Of a DNA stretch of 64,000 bases, positions 53,784 to 62,886 are shown piece by piece; positions within the stretch are counted from its first letter, which is position 1, and every line of letters begins with the position of its first letter. The notes below the pieces were generated by a model. The model did not search any database. It was given only the letters and a program-made list of their open reading frames with translations, and had not been told where the DNA came from. The stretch covers positions 22,390 to 86,389 of the forward strand of contig DATIKF010000179.1 in assembly GCA_035477855.1 (NCBI GenBank), read 5' to 3'. The position numbers and the translations under genes are program-made. The DNA is from Dissulfurispiraceae bacterium (lineage in GTDB: Bacteria; Nitrospirota; Thermodesulfovibrionia; Thermodesulfovibrionales; Dissulfurispiraceae).

Positions 53784-54854
53784 CTACAAACGAACCCCTT
53801 TCCCTTTCAGCTTATACACATTTGCCAGGATCGCAGCAACCGCCTTGTAAAACACTTCGGGAATCTCTTCCCCAATCTCCAGCTTGAACAGAGATCTGGC
53901 AAGCGGCTTGTCCTCAAACTGAGGAACACCGTTCGCCCTGGCTATTTCCTTAATCTTCTCGGCGATAAGATTTTGTCCTTTTGCAATCACTTTCGGAGCA
54001 CCCATTCCCTGCAGGTCATATTTCAGGCAGACGGCAAAGTGCGTCGGATTCGTGATGACCACATCCGCCTTCGGCACTTCCTGCATCATCCTTTTTCTCG
54101 CCATTTCACGCTGGAGACTTCTGATTCTGGCCTTTACAAGCGGTGAACCCTCCACTTCTTTGTGCTCATCCTTGATTTCCTGGCGAGTCATCTTGAGGTT
54201 TCTGCCGAAATACCAGCGCTGATATGCAAAGTCGGCAACGGCGAAAATAGTGATGACCACTGCCGATATCAGAAAAAGCCGGTATATCTGATGAAACGAA
54301 AAAGACTGCACAGAGTGAATGTTCATGTCCACCAGGAGGGGCATCATGAACATCTGTTCCTTGAGCACCATATAGAGCACTATGCAGAGAACCGATATTT
54401 TGAGCAGCCCCTTCAGAGCTTCAACGACCATATTGAGACTGAAATACCGCTTGATTCCCGCGAGCGGATTCACCCTGGAAAACTGCGGTGACAAAGGAGC
54501 TGCCGAGAGAAGAAACCCTGTCTGGAGGAAATGCACGGAAACCGTTACAATCAGAATGACTGCAAACAAAGGCAGCATAAGCATGCCGAACTGCATGCTG
54601 TCCGCTTTGAATACTTCCACGATCGAGCTTTCAGTAATGGACAGTTCAACGCTTCGTTGCAACCCGTTCCGAACATAATTCATCAAGGAATGCAGAATCG
54701 CGCCGCCGAAAAACAGATAGAGCAGAACCGACCACATGGGGATAATGCCGGTAATTTCCCGGCTGCGGGGAACCTCGCCCTTTTCACGCGCCTTTTCGCG
54801 CTTGCGGGGCGTCGCCTGTTCTGTACGTTCTTCAAATGACTTTTCTTCGGCCAT
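53784..54854 (-). CDS. flhB: Flagellar export switch protein FlhB
   Basis: 356 aa. EERTEQATPRKREKAREKGEVPRS, autocleavage site VVITNPTHFAV. Confidence 0.96.
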   Translation of the reverse strand: MAEEKSFEERTEQATPRKREKAREKGEVPRSREITGIIPMWSVLLYLFFGGAILHSLMNYVRNGLQRSVELSITESSIVEVFKADSMQFGMLMLPLFAVILIVTVSVHFLQTGFLLSAAPLSPQFSRVNPLAGIKRYFSLNMVVEALKGLLKISVLCIVLYMVLKEQMFMMPLLVDMNIHSVQSFSFHQIYRLFLISAVVITIFAVADFAYQRWYFGRNLKMTRQEIKDEHKEVEGSPLVKARIRSLQREMARKRMMQEVPKADVVITNPTHFAVCLKYDLQGMGAPKVIAKGQNLIAEKIKEIARANGVPQFEDKPLARSLFKLEIGEEIPEVFYKAVAAILANVYKLKGKGVRL

Positions 54855-54857
54855 CTA

Positions 54858-55595
54858 TTACCTCGTAAATGCCATGACGGCATCCCGCACGTGCATAAAT
54901 GCTTTGGAAATCACAAAGAATGTCAGGCTCATGGACAATGCTATGCTAACCAATCCCGCGCTAATCAGAAGCGGGAAGCTTACAAAAAAGATATTAATCT
55001 GCGGCATCGCCTTGGAGAGAAATCCCATGCCGAGATTTATCAGCGTCTGAATCAGAAATATCGGCGCTGCAATCTTGAACGCCAGCGGAAACATGAAGGA
55101 GTTCAGCTTCAGCACGGCATCGAACATGCCTTGGTACTGAATCGAGGTCACGGCGAAGCTTCGTGCAATCCCTTCGATAAAAAAGTGATGCATATCGCAC
55201 ACAAAAAAGAGGCCCATGGCCATAAATGAATAAAAGAGGCTGAGCGGCCCGAGCACTTCGCCGAACTGGGGGTTAAATACCGCTGCTACGCCAAGCCCCA
55301 TTTCAATGCTTATCCACTGCGCCGCCATCTCCACTGCGCCCAGAATGAGCCGTGCGCATAACCCGATCGCCAACCCGACAAAAAATGATTCGAACACCGC
55401 AGCAACTGGGCTTCCCGACTGAATTTCCACCACCGGGAGCAGCAGGAGCGTCAGGGCCAACGACAAACCGACGCGAACGAATATCGGTGTCATGCGGGCC
55501 CCAAGAAAGGGGATAAATGCAAGAATCGTCGCCACCCGGATAAAAATCGGGACGAATTTTTCACCGTATGTCGTTATGAGATTATAGAGTTCCAT
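54858..55595 (-). CDS. fliR: Flagellar export gate protein FliR
   Basis: 245 aa, polytopic. Position between fliQ and flhB. Confidence 0.9.
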   Translation of the reverse strand: MELYNLITTYGEKFVPIFIRVATILAFIPFLGARMTPIFVRVGLSLALTLLLLPVVEIQSGSPVAAVFESFFVGLAIGLCARLILGAVEMAAQWISIEMGLGVAAVFNPQFGEVLGPLSLFYSFMAMGLFFVCDMHHFFIEGIARSFAVTSIQYQGMFDAVLKLNSFMFPLAFKIAAPIFLIQTLINLGMGFLSKAMPQINIFFVSFPLLISAGLVSIALSMSLTFFVISKAFMHVRDAVMAFTR

Positions 55596-55598
55596 GCC

Positions 55599-55868
55599 CT
55601 ACCGCACGTACAGCGGGATGCTCTCATAAAGCCCCCGGGTAAAACCTATCATGACTTTCACCATAAACGGCAGCGTAAGCAGCAGCGTCACAAAGACCGC
55701 GATGATCTTCGGCACGAACGTCATCGTCATCTCCTGCAACTGCGTGATCGCCTGAAAAAAGCTGATCAGCACACCGACCACCAGACTCACCAGAAGAGCA
55801 GGTCCTCCCACAAGGAGCATCGTTTCAAACGTCTGGCGTGAAACCATATTCAATACCTCTATCGTCAT
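55599..55868 (-). CDS. fliQ: Flagellar export gate protein FliQ
   Basis: 89 aa from ATG 55868 (ATGA overlap with the fliP stop). LLVGGPALLVSLVVGVLISFFQAITQLQEMTMTFVPK. Confidence 0.92.
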   Translation of the reverse strand: MTIEVLNMVSRQTFETMLLVGGPALLVSLVVGVLISFFQAITQLQEMTMTFVPKIIAVFVTLLLTLPFMVKVMIGFTRGLYESIPLYVR

Positions 55869-56596
55869 CGATACCCCGCAACGAGCGAACCGACCAGAAG
55901 CCCCCACCCGTCAACAAGCACAAACAGCAGGAGCTTGAAGGGCATGGAGACCATGACCGGCGGCAGCATCATCATGCCCAGGGAAAGAAGGATGCTCGCT
56001 ACAACCATGTCGATCACCAGAAACGGCAAAAAAATGAGAAACCCTATCTCAAAAGCCTTTTTCAGCTCTCCAATCGAAAATGCGGGGACAACGACCCGCA
56101 ACGGCAAATCCATCGGCTGTGCAGGACGTTCCATTTTCGACATCTTCAGGAACAGGGCGAGATCTTTTTCCCGGGTCTGTTTCAGCATGAATTCTTTCAG
56201 CGGTTCGGATGCCCGGCTCAGCGCTTCTTCTGCGCCGATCTCTTTTTTTGAATAGGGTATATACGCGTTTGCATGAATGGCATCGACAACCGGCGACATG
56301 ACAAAAAACGTAATGAACAGCGCAAGCCCTATCACCACCTGGGTCGGCGGCACCTGGGGAGTGCCGAGCGCCTGACGAAGAAATGAAAGCACCACAACAA
56401 TTCTGGTAAAGCAGGTCATCATGACGAGTACTGCGGGCAGAAGCGACAGCAGCGTCAGAAACAGCAACAGTTCGAGAGGACCGCTCATGCCGAAAAAGCT
56501 GCCGGCTGCAGGAGAAACAGCAGCCTGGGGCGCGGCAGCAAAAACAGCATCAGCCAGGAGAAAAAGCGCAGCAAGTATTGCAAGCACAAGCACCAT
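55865..56596 (-). CDS. fliP: Flagellar export gate protein FliP
   Basis: 243 aa. TCFTRIVVVLSFLRQALGTPQVPP..., GFLIFLPFLVIDMVVASILLSLGMMMLPP. Confidence 0.96.
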   Translation of the reverse strand: MVLVLAILAALFLLADAVFAAAPQAAVSPAAGSFFGMSGPLELLLFLTLLSLLPAVLVMMTCFTRIVVVLSFLRQALGTPQVPPTQVVIGLALFITFFVMSPVVDAIHANAYIPYSKKEIGAEEALSRASEPLKEFMLKQTREKDLALFLKMSKMERPAQPMDLPLRVVVPAFSIGELKKAFEIGFLIFLPFLVIDMVVASILLSLGMMMLPPVMVSMPFKLLLFVLVDGWGLLVGSLVAGYR

Positions 56597-56940
56597 TATT
56601 TGCCTCTCCTGCCGAACAGCGCTCGAATGCGCTCCGTCGGCGACTCCTGCTGAGCTGACTGGGCGTCGGCCATGCTGTTGAGCTCTTTTTCGATAAGGGC
56701 GGCATCCAGTTTGGTGAGCAGAGATACGCTTTCGTCACCGAGGCCGACAAGCATATATTCCTGTGAGACCTTGACGATTGCCAGCCCGCGCTTCGGCCCC
56801 AGCGGCTGGTAATGAAGCATCTCGATAATGCCCCGCTGCGGAAGAATTCTTCCTTTCACGAGTTTTAGAACGAGCGCAAGCACCCCCAGCACAAAAAGAA
56901 GTGCCAGCAATGCCTTCAGCAGTTCGAATCCGAAATCCAT
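56596..56940 (-). CDS. fliO: Flagellar protein FliO/FliZ
   Basis: 114 aa. A single TM helix followed by a small soluble domain. Directly upstream of fliP. Confidence 0.72.
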   Translation of the reverse strand: MDFGFELLKALLALLFVLGVLALVLKLVKGRILPQRGIIEMLHYQPLGPKRGLAIVKVSQEYMLVGLGDESVSLLTKLDAALIEKELNSMADAQSAQQESPTERIRALFGRRGK

Positions 56941-56955
56941 TATTTCCTCAGGCTC

Positions 56956-57285
56956 CTATTTGAGCTGACGAACCCGGTCCGCCGGACTGATAATATCGGT
57001 CAGACGTATGCCGAATTTTTCATTGACAACAACCACTTCGCCCCGCCCAATCAGTTTATCGTTGACATAGACTTCCATCGGCTCTCCTGCCAGCTTTTCA
57101 AGGGCCACCACCGACCCCTGGCCGAGCTGAAGGAGTTCCTGGACAAGAATCTTGGTCCGGCCGATGACAACAGTCAGCTCAAGCGGAATATCCAGTATGA
57201 AGTTGATATCACGATGTCCTGAAGACGCTGACTGCGCCTGTTCCTGAAGTTCCTGCATCTCCACGTTTTTTGCCTCCTCTGTCAT
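56956..57285 (-). CDS. fliN: Flagellar motor switch protein FliN
   Basis: 109 aa. ILDIPLELTVVIGRTKILVQELLQLGQGSVVALEKLAGEPMEVYVNDKLIGRGEVVVVNEKFGIRL. Confidence 0.92.
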   Translation of the reverse strand: MTEEAKNVEMQELQEQAQSASSGHRDINFILDIPLELTVVIGRTKILVQELLQLGQGSVVALEKLAGEPMEVYVNDKLIGRGEVVVVNEKFGIRLTDIISPADRVRQLK

Positions 57286-57327
57286 AAGCTCCTCCGAAAA
57301 CAGCCGGCCCGAAAAGCCGGCTCTCGT

Positions 57328-58311
57328 TTACTTTATTTCCTGCTGCTCAAGAGGGTCACGAAATTTGAGCGCGTACGAGCCTTTATAAACACCGAACTGA
57401 CCCAAAAACTTCGGCACTCCCTCAACAAGAATGAGGATGTCGGAATCTGCCCTTCTGTCGAGCATGATGACATCCGACTCCTTGAGATCGAGCACCCGAT
57501 CCACGCTAAGCGACGCCTTGCCAAGCTCACCGGTCATGGTGACCGCCGTTGTTTGCAACGCATCTTTTAAACGATCCACCCATTTTGTGTCGAGGTCATT
57601 GCGATCAGCAGAAAATGCACTGTATAACTTTTCCTTGATCGGCTCAACCGACCCGTAGGGGATACAGAGAAATGCCTTGCACTGTTTTGACTCTATTTCA
57701 AGGACAAACTCAACCTTAATGACCACATCAACCGGCGTGACGATCGTTACAAACTGCGGGTTCATCTCAGCGCGGACATAGGTCGGCACAAGCGGGAATA
57801 TCGGCTTCCATGACTCTTCCATGTCCTTGAAGAACATCAGTACAACTTTATGGATGATTTTCTGCTCAATCGGCGTAAACTCCCTGCCCTCCGGCTTATA
57901 ATGGCCCTTGCCGGTGCCGCCGAAAAAATATTCGATGAGCGTGAAGATGAACTGGGCGTCAAACACCAGAAGACCGAATCCGCGCAGAGGATCCATGCGA
58001 AAGATATTGATGCTCGAAGGGAAGGGAACGGAGCGCATGAAATCATAGAACTTCGTAATGTTGACGGTCACATTCGTAATGTCGACAACCCGCCGTATCG
58101 AACCCGAAAGCGAAATCCGGAAGTTGCGCGCAAGCCGTTCATTTGCGATATCAAGCGAAGGCATGCGCCCACGGACTATTTTTTCCTGGCCGGTAAAGTC
58201 ATATGCCTTGACGCCCGACACTTCAGTCGTTGACGCTTCAGTCTCAACATCTCCTTCGGTTATACCGCGTAATAAGGCATCGACTTCGTCTTGTGAAAGA
58301 ATATCCTGCAT
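57328..58311 (-). CDS. fliM: Flagellar motor switch protein FliM
   Basis: 327 aa. N-terminal CheY-binding peptide ILSQDEVDALL; typical middle and C-terminal domains. Confidence 0.93.
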   Translation of the reverse strand: MQDILSQDEVDALLRGITEGDVETEASTTEVSGVKAYDFTGQEKIVRGRMPSLDIANERLARNFRISLSGSIRRVVDITNVTVNITKFYDFMRSVPFPSSINIFRMDPLRGFGLLVFDAQFIFTLIEYFFGGTGKGHYKPEGREFTPIEQKIIHKVVLMFFKDMEESWKPIFPLVPTYVRAEMNPQFVTIVTPVDVVIKVEFVLEIESKQCKAFLCIPYGSVEPIKEKLYSAFSADRNDLDTKWVDRLKDALQTTAVTMTGELGKASLSVDRVLDLKESDVIMLDRRADSDILILVEGVPKFLGQFGVYKGSYALKFRDPLEQQEIK

Positions 58312-58348
58312 CGTTCCCTCGCGTGTCCCTGATTCACGTTTCGCTGTG

Positions 58349-58846
58349 TTACTGCATTACAAAATCGGTCAGATAAACATTCTTTACCGAATTCGGACCC
58401 AGTATCTGATTGGCCCGGACATTGATTTCATCTTTTACCTGCAATTTCCCTTCGGGGGTCATGAGAGAATCTGACGACTTGCTCGTCAGAAGTGAAATGA
58501 CTGCGTCGCGCAGCTGCGGAATCTTCGCCTTCGCCTTTTCCTGAACAGCGTTACTCGCAAGTTCGAGCTGAACCGATATTTTCAGGAATTTGATCGCTCC
58601 CTGGTCAGTCAGGTTGACCACAAACGGATCGAGCGCAAAATTGACGCCTTCTTCCTGCTTTATCTCTTTCATCTCGGCCTTCTCATCCTTTGGCTTGCTC
58701 AGAACAAGAAAATATGCGGCAGCACCGCCGCCGATAAGAAGAATTGCGACTGCAATGATGATAATCAGCATTTTTTTACTGCTTTTTTTCTTTCCCTCTT
58801 CGGCTTCCGGCTCTTCCTCAGGCTTATCCTTTTTTTCCTTGGCCAT
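58349..58846 (-). CDS. fliL: Flagellar basal-body-associated protein FliL
   Basis: Lys/Glu-rich N-terminus, TM helix, then FALDPFVVNLTDQGAIKFLKISVQLEL... Start moved to ATG 58846, which follows AAGGAGA. Confidence 0.82.
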   Translation of the reverse strand: MAKEKKDKPEEEPEAEEGKKKSSKKMLIIIIAVAILLIGGGAAAYFLVLSKPKDEKAEMKEIKQEEGVNFALDPFVVNLTDQGAIKFLKISVQLELASNAVQEKAKAKIPQLRDAVISLLTSKSSDSLMTPEGKLQVKDEINVRANQILGPNSVKNVYLTDFVMQ

Positions 58847-58936
58847 GTGGTCTCCTTTTCCGCAGGTCCTGGAAATAACGCTCACAATCCTGCTCAGCTG
58901 CACATAAACATGTATACAAATCCATGACAGGAGAAA

Positions 58937-58951
58937 GCACGGGGCATGCCA
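58937..58951 (-). promoter_or_regulatory. Candidate sigma-54 promoter upstream of fliL
   Basis: Minus strand reads CTGGCAT-GCCCC-GTGCT with correct spacing, about 90 nt upstream of the fliL ATG. Confidence 0.5.
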
Positions 58952-59082
58952 GTTTATATCTGCTTGATTTATTGATCTTTATCAGGAAGGACAGGTCAAG
59001 AAAATGACGGTTAGCTCCGACTCAAGGGAACCAACCGTCAATTGGTTAACTATAAATATATAATGTGTCTATAAAGGCAGAG

Positions 59083-60369
59083 CTATCGTTTAATCGCCAG
59101 AAGCTCGTTCAGCAGTTCATCAGTCGTGGTGATAACCCTCGTGTTTGCCTGAAAGCCTCTCTGTGCTGCAATGAGCCGGACAAATTCTTCCGCCAGGTCA
59201 ACGTTGCCAGCTTCCAGAGAGCTGGAAGAAATTGTTCCGCGTCCCGAGGTTCCAGGCTCACCGATAAGCGGCTGCCCTGAAGCATTTGATTCCGCAAAAA
59301 GGTTTTTTCCGATCTTGGTCAGTTCGGTTGGCGCTGTAAAGCGGGCTAAAACTACCTGGGCAAGATCTCTTACCTGACCATTCGTGAAAACACCTGACAG
59401 CACTCCGTTCTGACTGACACTCAGCGCGCGCAGAGAACCGGAGGTATACCCGTCCTGTGTCTGGAAAATCGTACTGGACGGGGATCCATACTGCGTAGTA
59501 AAGTTGGCGTTGTAGCCGAAATTGAAGGCAACCGCCTGAGGATTTGTAGCTCCCCATGCACTGAAGTCAAAGTTGCCGGTTGTCGGCAGCAACGGTGATG
59601 TCAGTTGTCCGGCAGTATTGAACGTCAGGGTCGCAAGCGGACCGCCGCCCGGCACCTGAACGTAGTTAATCCCGGTCGCAGAATTATTATAGGTAGCGTA
59701 TACATCCCAGCTATTGGGACCGGCGCCCTTCCGGTAGTAAACGTTCACCAGGTGGCTGTTGCCGAGTGTGTCATACGTGGTTATTGCCGACGAGAAATTG
59801 TAGGAGCCAGCAGCCGGTCCTGTTGCCGCACTTACAGCCCATGGCACGGTCGGAGCGGTTTCGCGCGAGTCGAGATTCGCCTGAATCGACAATTGAGCGG
59901 TTGCATTCGGCGGGCTGTTTATCGTAGCGACGTTGATTCGTTCAATATTTGCAGTGATATTTCCAGCCCCGTCAGCCAGGAATCCGAGCAAAAAATTGCC
60001 GTTCGGATTAATCACATATCCGTCTCTATTCACCGAAAACTGACCCGCCCGTGTAAAAAACTGCGCTCCGCTCTGCTCCCGGACCATAAAAAAACCATCG
60101 CCGTCAATGGCCATATCAAGCGGGTTGCCCGTCGTCTCAACCGTTCCCTGAGCAAAAAGCTGCTGAACAGAGCCGACCCGTGAGCCGCGTCCGATCTGAA
60201 GGTTCCCGCCGCCGCCGAGCGACTGGCTCAGGATATCGCCGAAATTCGCCCGGCTTCCCTTAAATGCCGTTGTATTTACATTGGCAATGTTGTCTCCGAT
60301 AACTGAAAGTGCTGTTCCGTTTGCCCCAAGTCCGCTGACCGCGGTAAAAAGAGACGTGAGCATCGTCAT
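59083..60369 (-). CDS. flgE: Flagellar hook protein FlgE
   Basis: 428 aa. SLFTAVSGLGANGTALSVIGDNIANVNTTAFKGSRANF..., C-terminal VDLAEEFVRLIAAQRGFQANTRVITT. Confidence 0.93.
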   Translation of the reverse strand: MTMLTSLFTAVSGLGANGTALSVIGDNIANVNTTAFKGSRANFGDILSQSLGGGGNLQIGRGSRVGSVQQLFAQGTVETTGNPLDMAIDGDGFFMVREQSGAQFFTRAGQFSVNRDGYVINPNGNFLLGFLADGAGNITANIERINVATINSPPNATAQLSIQANLDSRETAPTVPWAVSAATGPAAGSYNFSSAITTYDTLGNSHLVNVYYRKGAGPNSWDVYATYNNSATGINYVQVPGGGPLATLTFNTAGQLTSPLLPTTGNFDFSAWGATNPQAVAFNFGYNANFTTQYGSPSSTIFQTQDGYTSGSLRALSVSQNGVLSGVFTNGQVRDLAQVVLARFTAPTELTKIGKNLFAESNASGQPLIGEPGTSGRGTISSSSLEAGNVDLAEEFVRLIAAQRGFQANTRVITTTDELLNELLAIKR

Positions 60370-60383
60370 GGTTCTATCCCCCT

Positions 60384-60818
60384 TTAGTTTAGCGGGTTCC
60401 GCACTTCGCGGACATCCGTATATGCGATTTCTTTCCCGTTCACGATCAGCCTGACTCCGTCGTCATTCATTACGATCCCGGTTACCAGTCCCTTGGTGCC
60501 GCTGACATCGGTAATTTCCCTGCCGATCATCGAAACAGCGGCAGCGGCATTCTGTTTTTCCTGTTCTGCGAGAAATTTTTCCAAATTTCTATTCATGGAA
60601 GACATCTGCTCAAGTGAGCTGAAGTTGGCAAGCTGAGAGATGAATTCCGTGTCCTTGACGGGGTTGAGAGGGTCCTGATTCTTGAGTTGTGCTATCAGAA
60701 GGTTCATAAAGTCCATCTGACCGAGGTTTTTATTCGCTTTCGTGGCGCTCGTCCCTGTTGCTGTTCCGGTGTATGCCGGATTGCTGAATATGGATGCTGC
60801 CGAACTTGCTGTTGACAT
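60384..60818 (-). CDS. flgD: Flagellar hook capping/assembly protein FlgD (short type)
   Basis: 144 aa. LGQMDFMNLLIAQLKNQDPLNPVKDTEFISQLANFSSLEQ. Confidence 0.87.
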   Translation of the reverse strand: MSTASSAASIFSNPAYTGTATGTSATKANKNLGQMDFMNLLIAQLKNQDPLNPVKDTEFISQLANFSSLEQMSSMNRNLEKFLAEQEKQNAAAAVSMIGREITDVSGTKGLVTGIVMNDDGVRLIVNGKEIAYTDVREVRNPLN

Positions 60819-60832
60819 GTATCATTCCTCCT

Positions 60833-61945
60833 TTATGCTAAATACTCAAAAAAGTTTCCACCGGTCTGACGGTCTTGCTGCTGCTGTTGCCGCTGATCCT
60901 GCCCGCGTCTTTGTCCCTGATCGGCAGGATAATCGTCGCGCAGATCGACCTGCAACTCGCCGACCCTGATGCCTGAGTTCTCCAGCTGATGACGAATCTG
61001 CGGCAAAACAGACGTAAAGAGATCCCTGATGCTGCTGGAATCGACCTTGAGATCTGCGGTCAGCACGCCCTGCTGAACACGAAGACGAATCTGCACGTCG
61101 CCCAGTCCGGGAGGGTCGAGGCGCAGAATCATTTGTTTCGTTCCTGTCTCTGCAGCAGCGCGAATCGGCTCATGAATATCACGAATCGAGGTGACTGATA
61201 CATCACCATTGACATCCCTGCTCAAAGAGGCATCTGCCAGCCGATGAACTCCTCCCTGCAAAGCATACACCGAAGATTGCCTGGTTGTTGACAACATGAC
61301 GTCAGGAGCCTCACGTTCATTCACTGAAGACGCAAGTGCATCAAACAATTCGGCTCTGGATGCTTTTGCAGTAACCTGTGCAGAATCAGGATGTGATTTC
61401 AGGGTGGAAACCTCCTTGACGACCGATGTCCCCTCGTCCTGAACTGACTTCAGCGCATCAATTGCCTCGGCAACAATATTGCCAGGCGCTTTCTGAAAGC
61501 TCTCCGCTCCGGATTCCTTTTTCATTCCTTGAAGAGATTTCACGATATTTTCAACAATCTGCCCGCGAGAAACCATTCCATTCTCAATCTGTGCCTGAGC
61601 AAGAGAATTCAGAACCTCTTGTGCCAGCGTCTGAATCTGTGCCGGCGTCATCTGGGCAGTTGCAGGAAGATTCACAAGCATTTGCTGAATCATGCTGAAC
61701 GCGACGGCATCTCCTTGTTCAAAAGGGATTTCCCCGGCATCCGGCAACTCCTGCGCGGGAGTGTTGTTGTTCATGGACGGGAAGTCTTGCTGATTCTCCC
61801 CTGCAAGACGCTGAATGACCGATCGCAGTACCCCGGCAAATCCCTGACCTGATGGTGCGTTATTGGAAGCAGAAGCAGCGTTGTTAGAGGGTCCGGCTTG
61901 AGCTGCTGCGCTCTGTGCAAAAACCGGAACTGTAGCCGTGGTCAT
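60833..61945 (-). CDS. fliK: Flagellar hook-length control protein FliK
   Basis: C-terminal Flg_hook-type domain MILRLDPPGLGDVQIRLRVQQGVLTADLKVDSSSIRDLF. Gln/Ala-rich N-terminus. Start moved to ATG 61945, which follows GGAGGG. Confidence 0.78.
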   Translation of the reverse strand: MTTATVPVFAQSAAAQAGPSNNAASASNNAPSGQGFAGVLRSVIQRLAGENQQDFPSMNNNTPAQELPDAGEIPFEQGDAVAFSMIQQMLVNLPATAQMTPAQIQTLAQEVLNSLAQAQIENGMVSRGQIVENIVKSLQGMKKESGAESFQKAPGNIVAEAIDALKSVQDEGTSVVKEVSTLKSHPDSAQVTAKASRAELFDALASSVNEREAPDVMLSTTRQSSVYALQGGVHRLADASLSRDVNGDVSVTSIRDIHEPIRAAAETGTKQMILRLDPPGLGDVQIRLRVQQGVLTADLKVDSSSIRDLFTSVLPQIRHQLENSGIRVGELQVDLRDDYPADQGQRRGQDQRQQQQQDRQTGGNFFEYLA

Positions 61946-61977
61946 ATATCCCTCCATCCACAAGATAACTGTTAAAA

Positions 61978-61992
61978 GCAATCAGCATGCCA
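61978..61992 (-). promoter_or_regulatory. Sigma-54 promoter of the fliK-flgD-flgE unit
   Basis: Minus strand reads TGGCAT-GCTGA-TTGCT with correct spacing; the -12 element lies about 33 nt upstream of ATG 61945. Confidence 0.65.
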
Positions 61993-62109
61993 TACTGATT
62001 GCAGGGTGAGATAAGATTTAATTATGTTGACGTTTCAAGTGGTTAAGCATGAGAAGCGGAGAAAAGCACCCATCTGTTCAGGAAGGACGCAGAGGAAAAT
62101 ATGGCAGTT

Positions 62110-62139
62110 TTTGCCGGAGCGGAACTATTTGCCGGGCGG
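62110..62139. repeat. Tandem direct repeat TTTGCCGG(A)GCGG x2, period 18 nt; possible enhancer (UAS)
   Basis: TTTGCCGGAGCGG at 62110..62122 and TTTGCCGGGCGG at 62128..62139, which is 118-147 bp upstream of the fliK sigma-54 promoter. Confidence 0.25.
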
Positions 62140-62355
62140 GAGAAAGTCGCGACAGCGGAATATTTTGTACAGAACCTCAAATCAGCCGTCATTCCCGTCT
62201 GCCTCCGGCGGGAAGTGCATCGGGAATCCTTTTGCGGCGGAGAGACTCCACGGCATCCTTGACAGGACAAGCGCGGCAACGACAGAAACAATGCAGACGC
62301 TCATGATGCCGTATGTTCATGAATTCGGCAAAACACTCTTGGACAACTTTTTGGT

Positions 62356-62886
62356 CTATTTGTTCTGGATAAGTTTTTTTGAAAGGACTGCGGCCTTTCC
62401 GGTTTCGACCTGCGCCAGAATCTTGCCGGCGGTCTTCGGCTTCAGTGTCAAAAGTAATTTCAGCGCAGAATCATCGTCAAGCCTCTCAATTCGGCGAGCG
62501 GCATCTTCCGGCGGCATCGCTTCGTACATTTTTGAAACCTTCACGAGCTGCTCCTGACGCTCCTTCTGAAGAGCTTTCTTCGTCTCGTCCAGATCCTGTT
62601 TCAGCTTGCGGAACTCTTCGAGTTCCTTCTGAATATCGGATTTCAGAATCGCCAGGCGCTCCTCCTCCAGTGACTTTACTGGCTCCTGCTGAGACGGCAG
62701 TATCGCTGCTTTCTGACTTTCCTGCTGGGCATGTATTGTCAGCGATACCGGAAGCAACACTGCGCAGATCAGTGCAGCCGACAGAACAAGACGCCTGGTC
62801 CGGCGACAAGAGGGCTTCTGCTGTGCTTCAGAATCAGCGCTTCTCTTTTTTCCGTCCGTAGGTGATGACCGCTCGTTCATCCGCAT
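62356..62886 (-). CDS. MgtE-N/MotE (YlxF)-like flagellar protein
   Basis: TM helix (LVLSAALICAVLLPV), coiled coil, then VSKMYEAMPPEDAARRIERLDDDSALKLLLTLKPKTAGKILAQV. Position between fliJ and fliK matches B. subtilis ylxF. Start moved to ATG 62886. Confidence 0.7.
   Translation of the reverse strand: MRMNERSSPTDGKKRSADSEAQQKPSCRRTRRLVLSAALICAVLLPVSLTIHAQQESQKAAILPSQQEPVKSLEEERLAILKSDIQKELEEFRKLKQDLDETKKALQKERQEQLVKVSKMYEAMPPEDAARRIERLDDDSALKLLLTLKPKTAGKILAQVETGKAAVLSKKLIQNK

Noticed and set aside
60384-60818. FlgD is only 144 aa, so a truncated gene was considered.
   Set aside because: Short FlgD proteins of this length are normal in the Bacillus-type fla operon organisation that this cluster follows. 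The ORF abuts fliK and flgE without disruption.
62102-62115. Plus-strand TGGCAG-TTTTT-GCC resembling a sigma-54 promoter.
   Set aside because: The GG-to-GC spacing is two nucleotides short of the -24/-12 rule. It would also point antisense into the ylxF-like gene.
62024-62557. ORFs in the fliK upstream gap (62024..62557 +, 62049..62306 +, 62043..62291 -) and two ~40-codon minus-strand mini-ORFs starting near 62310.
   Set aside because: They have no RBS, their composition is Arg/Ser/Cys-rich, and they overlap each other and the ylxF-like gene. They are treated as non-coding spacer.
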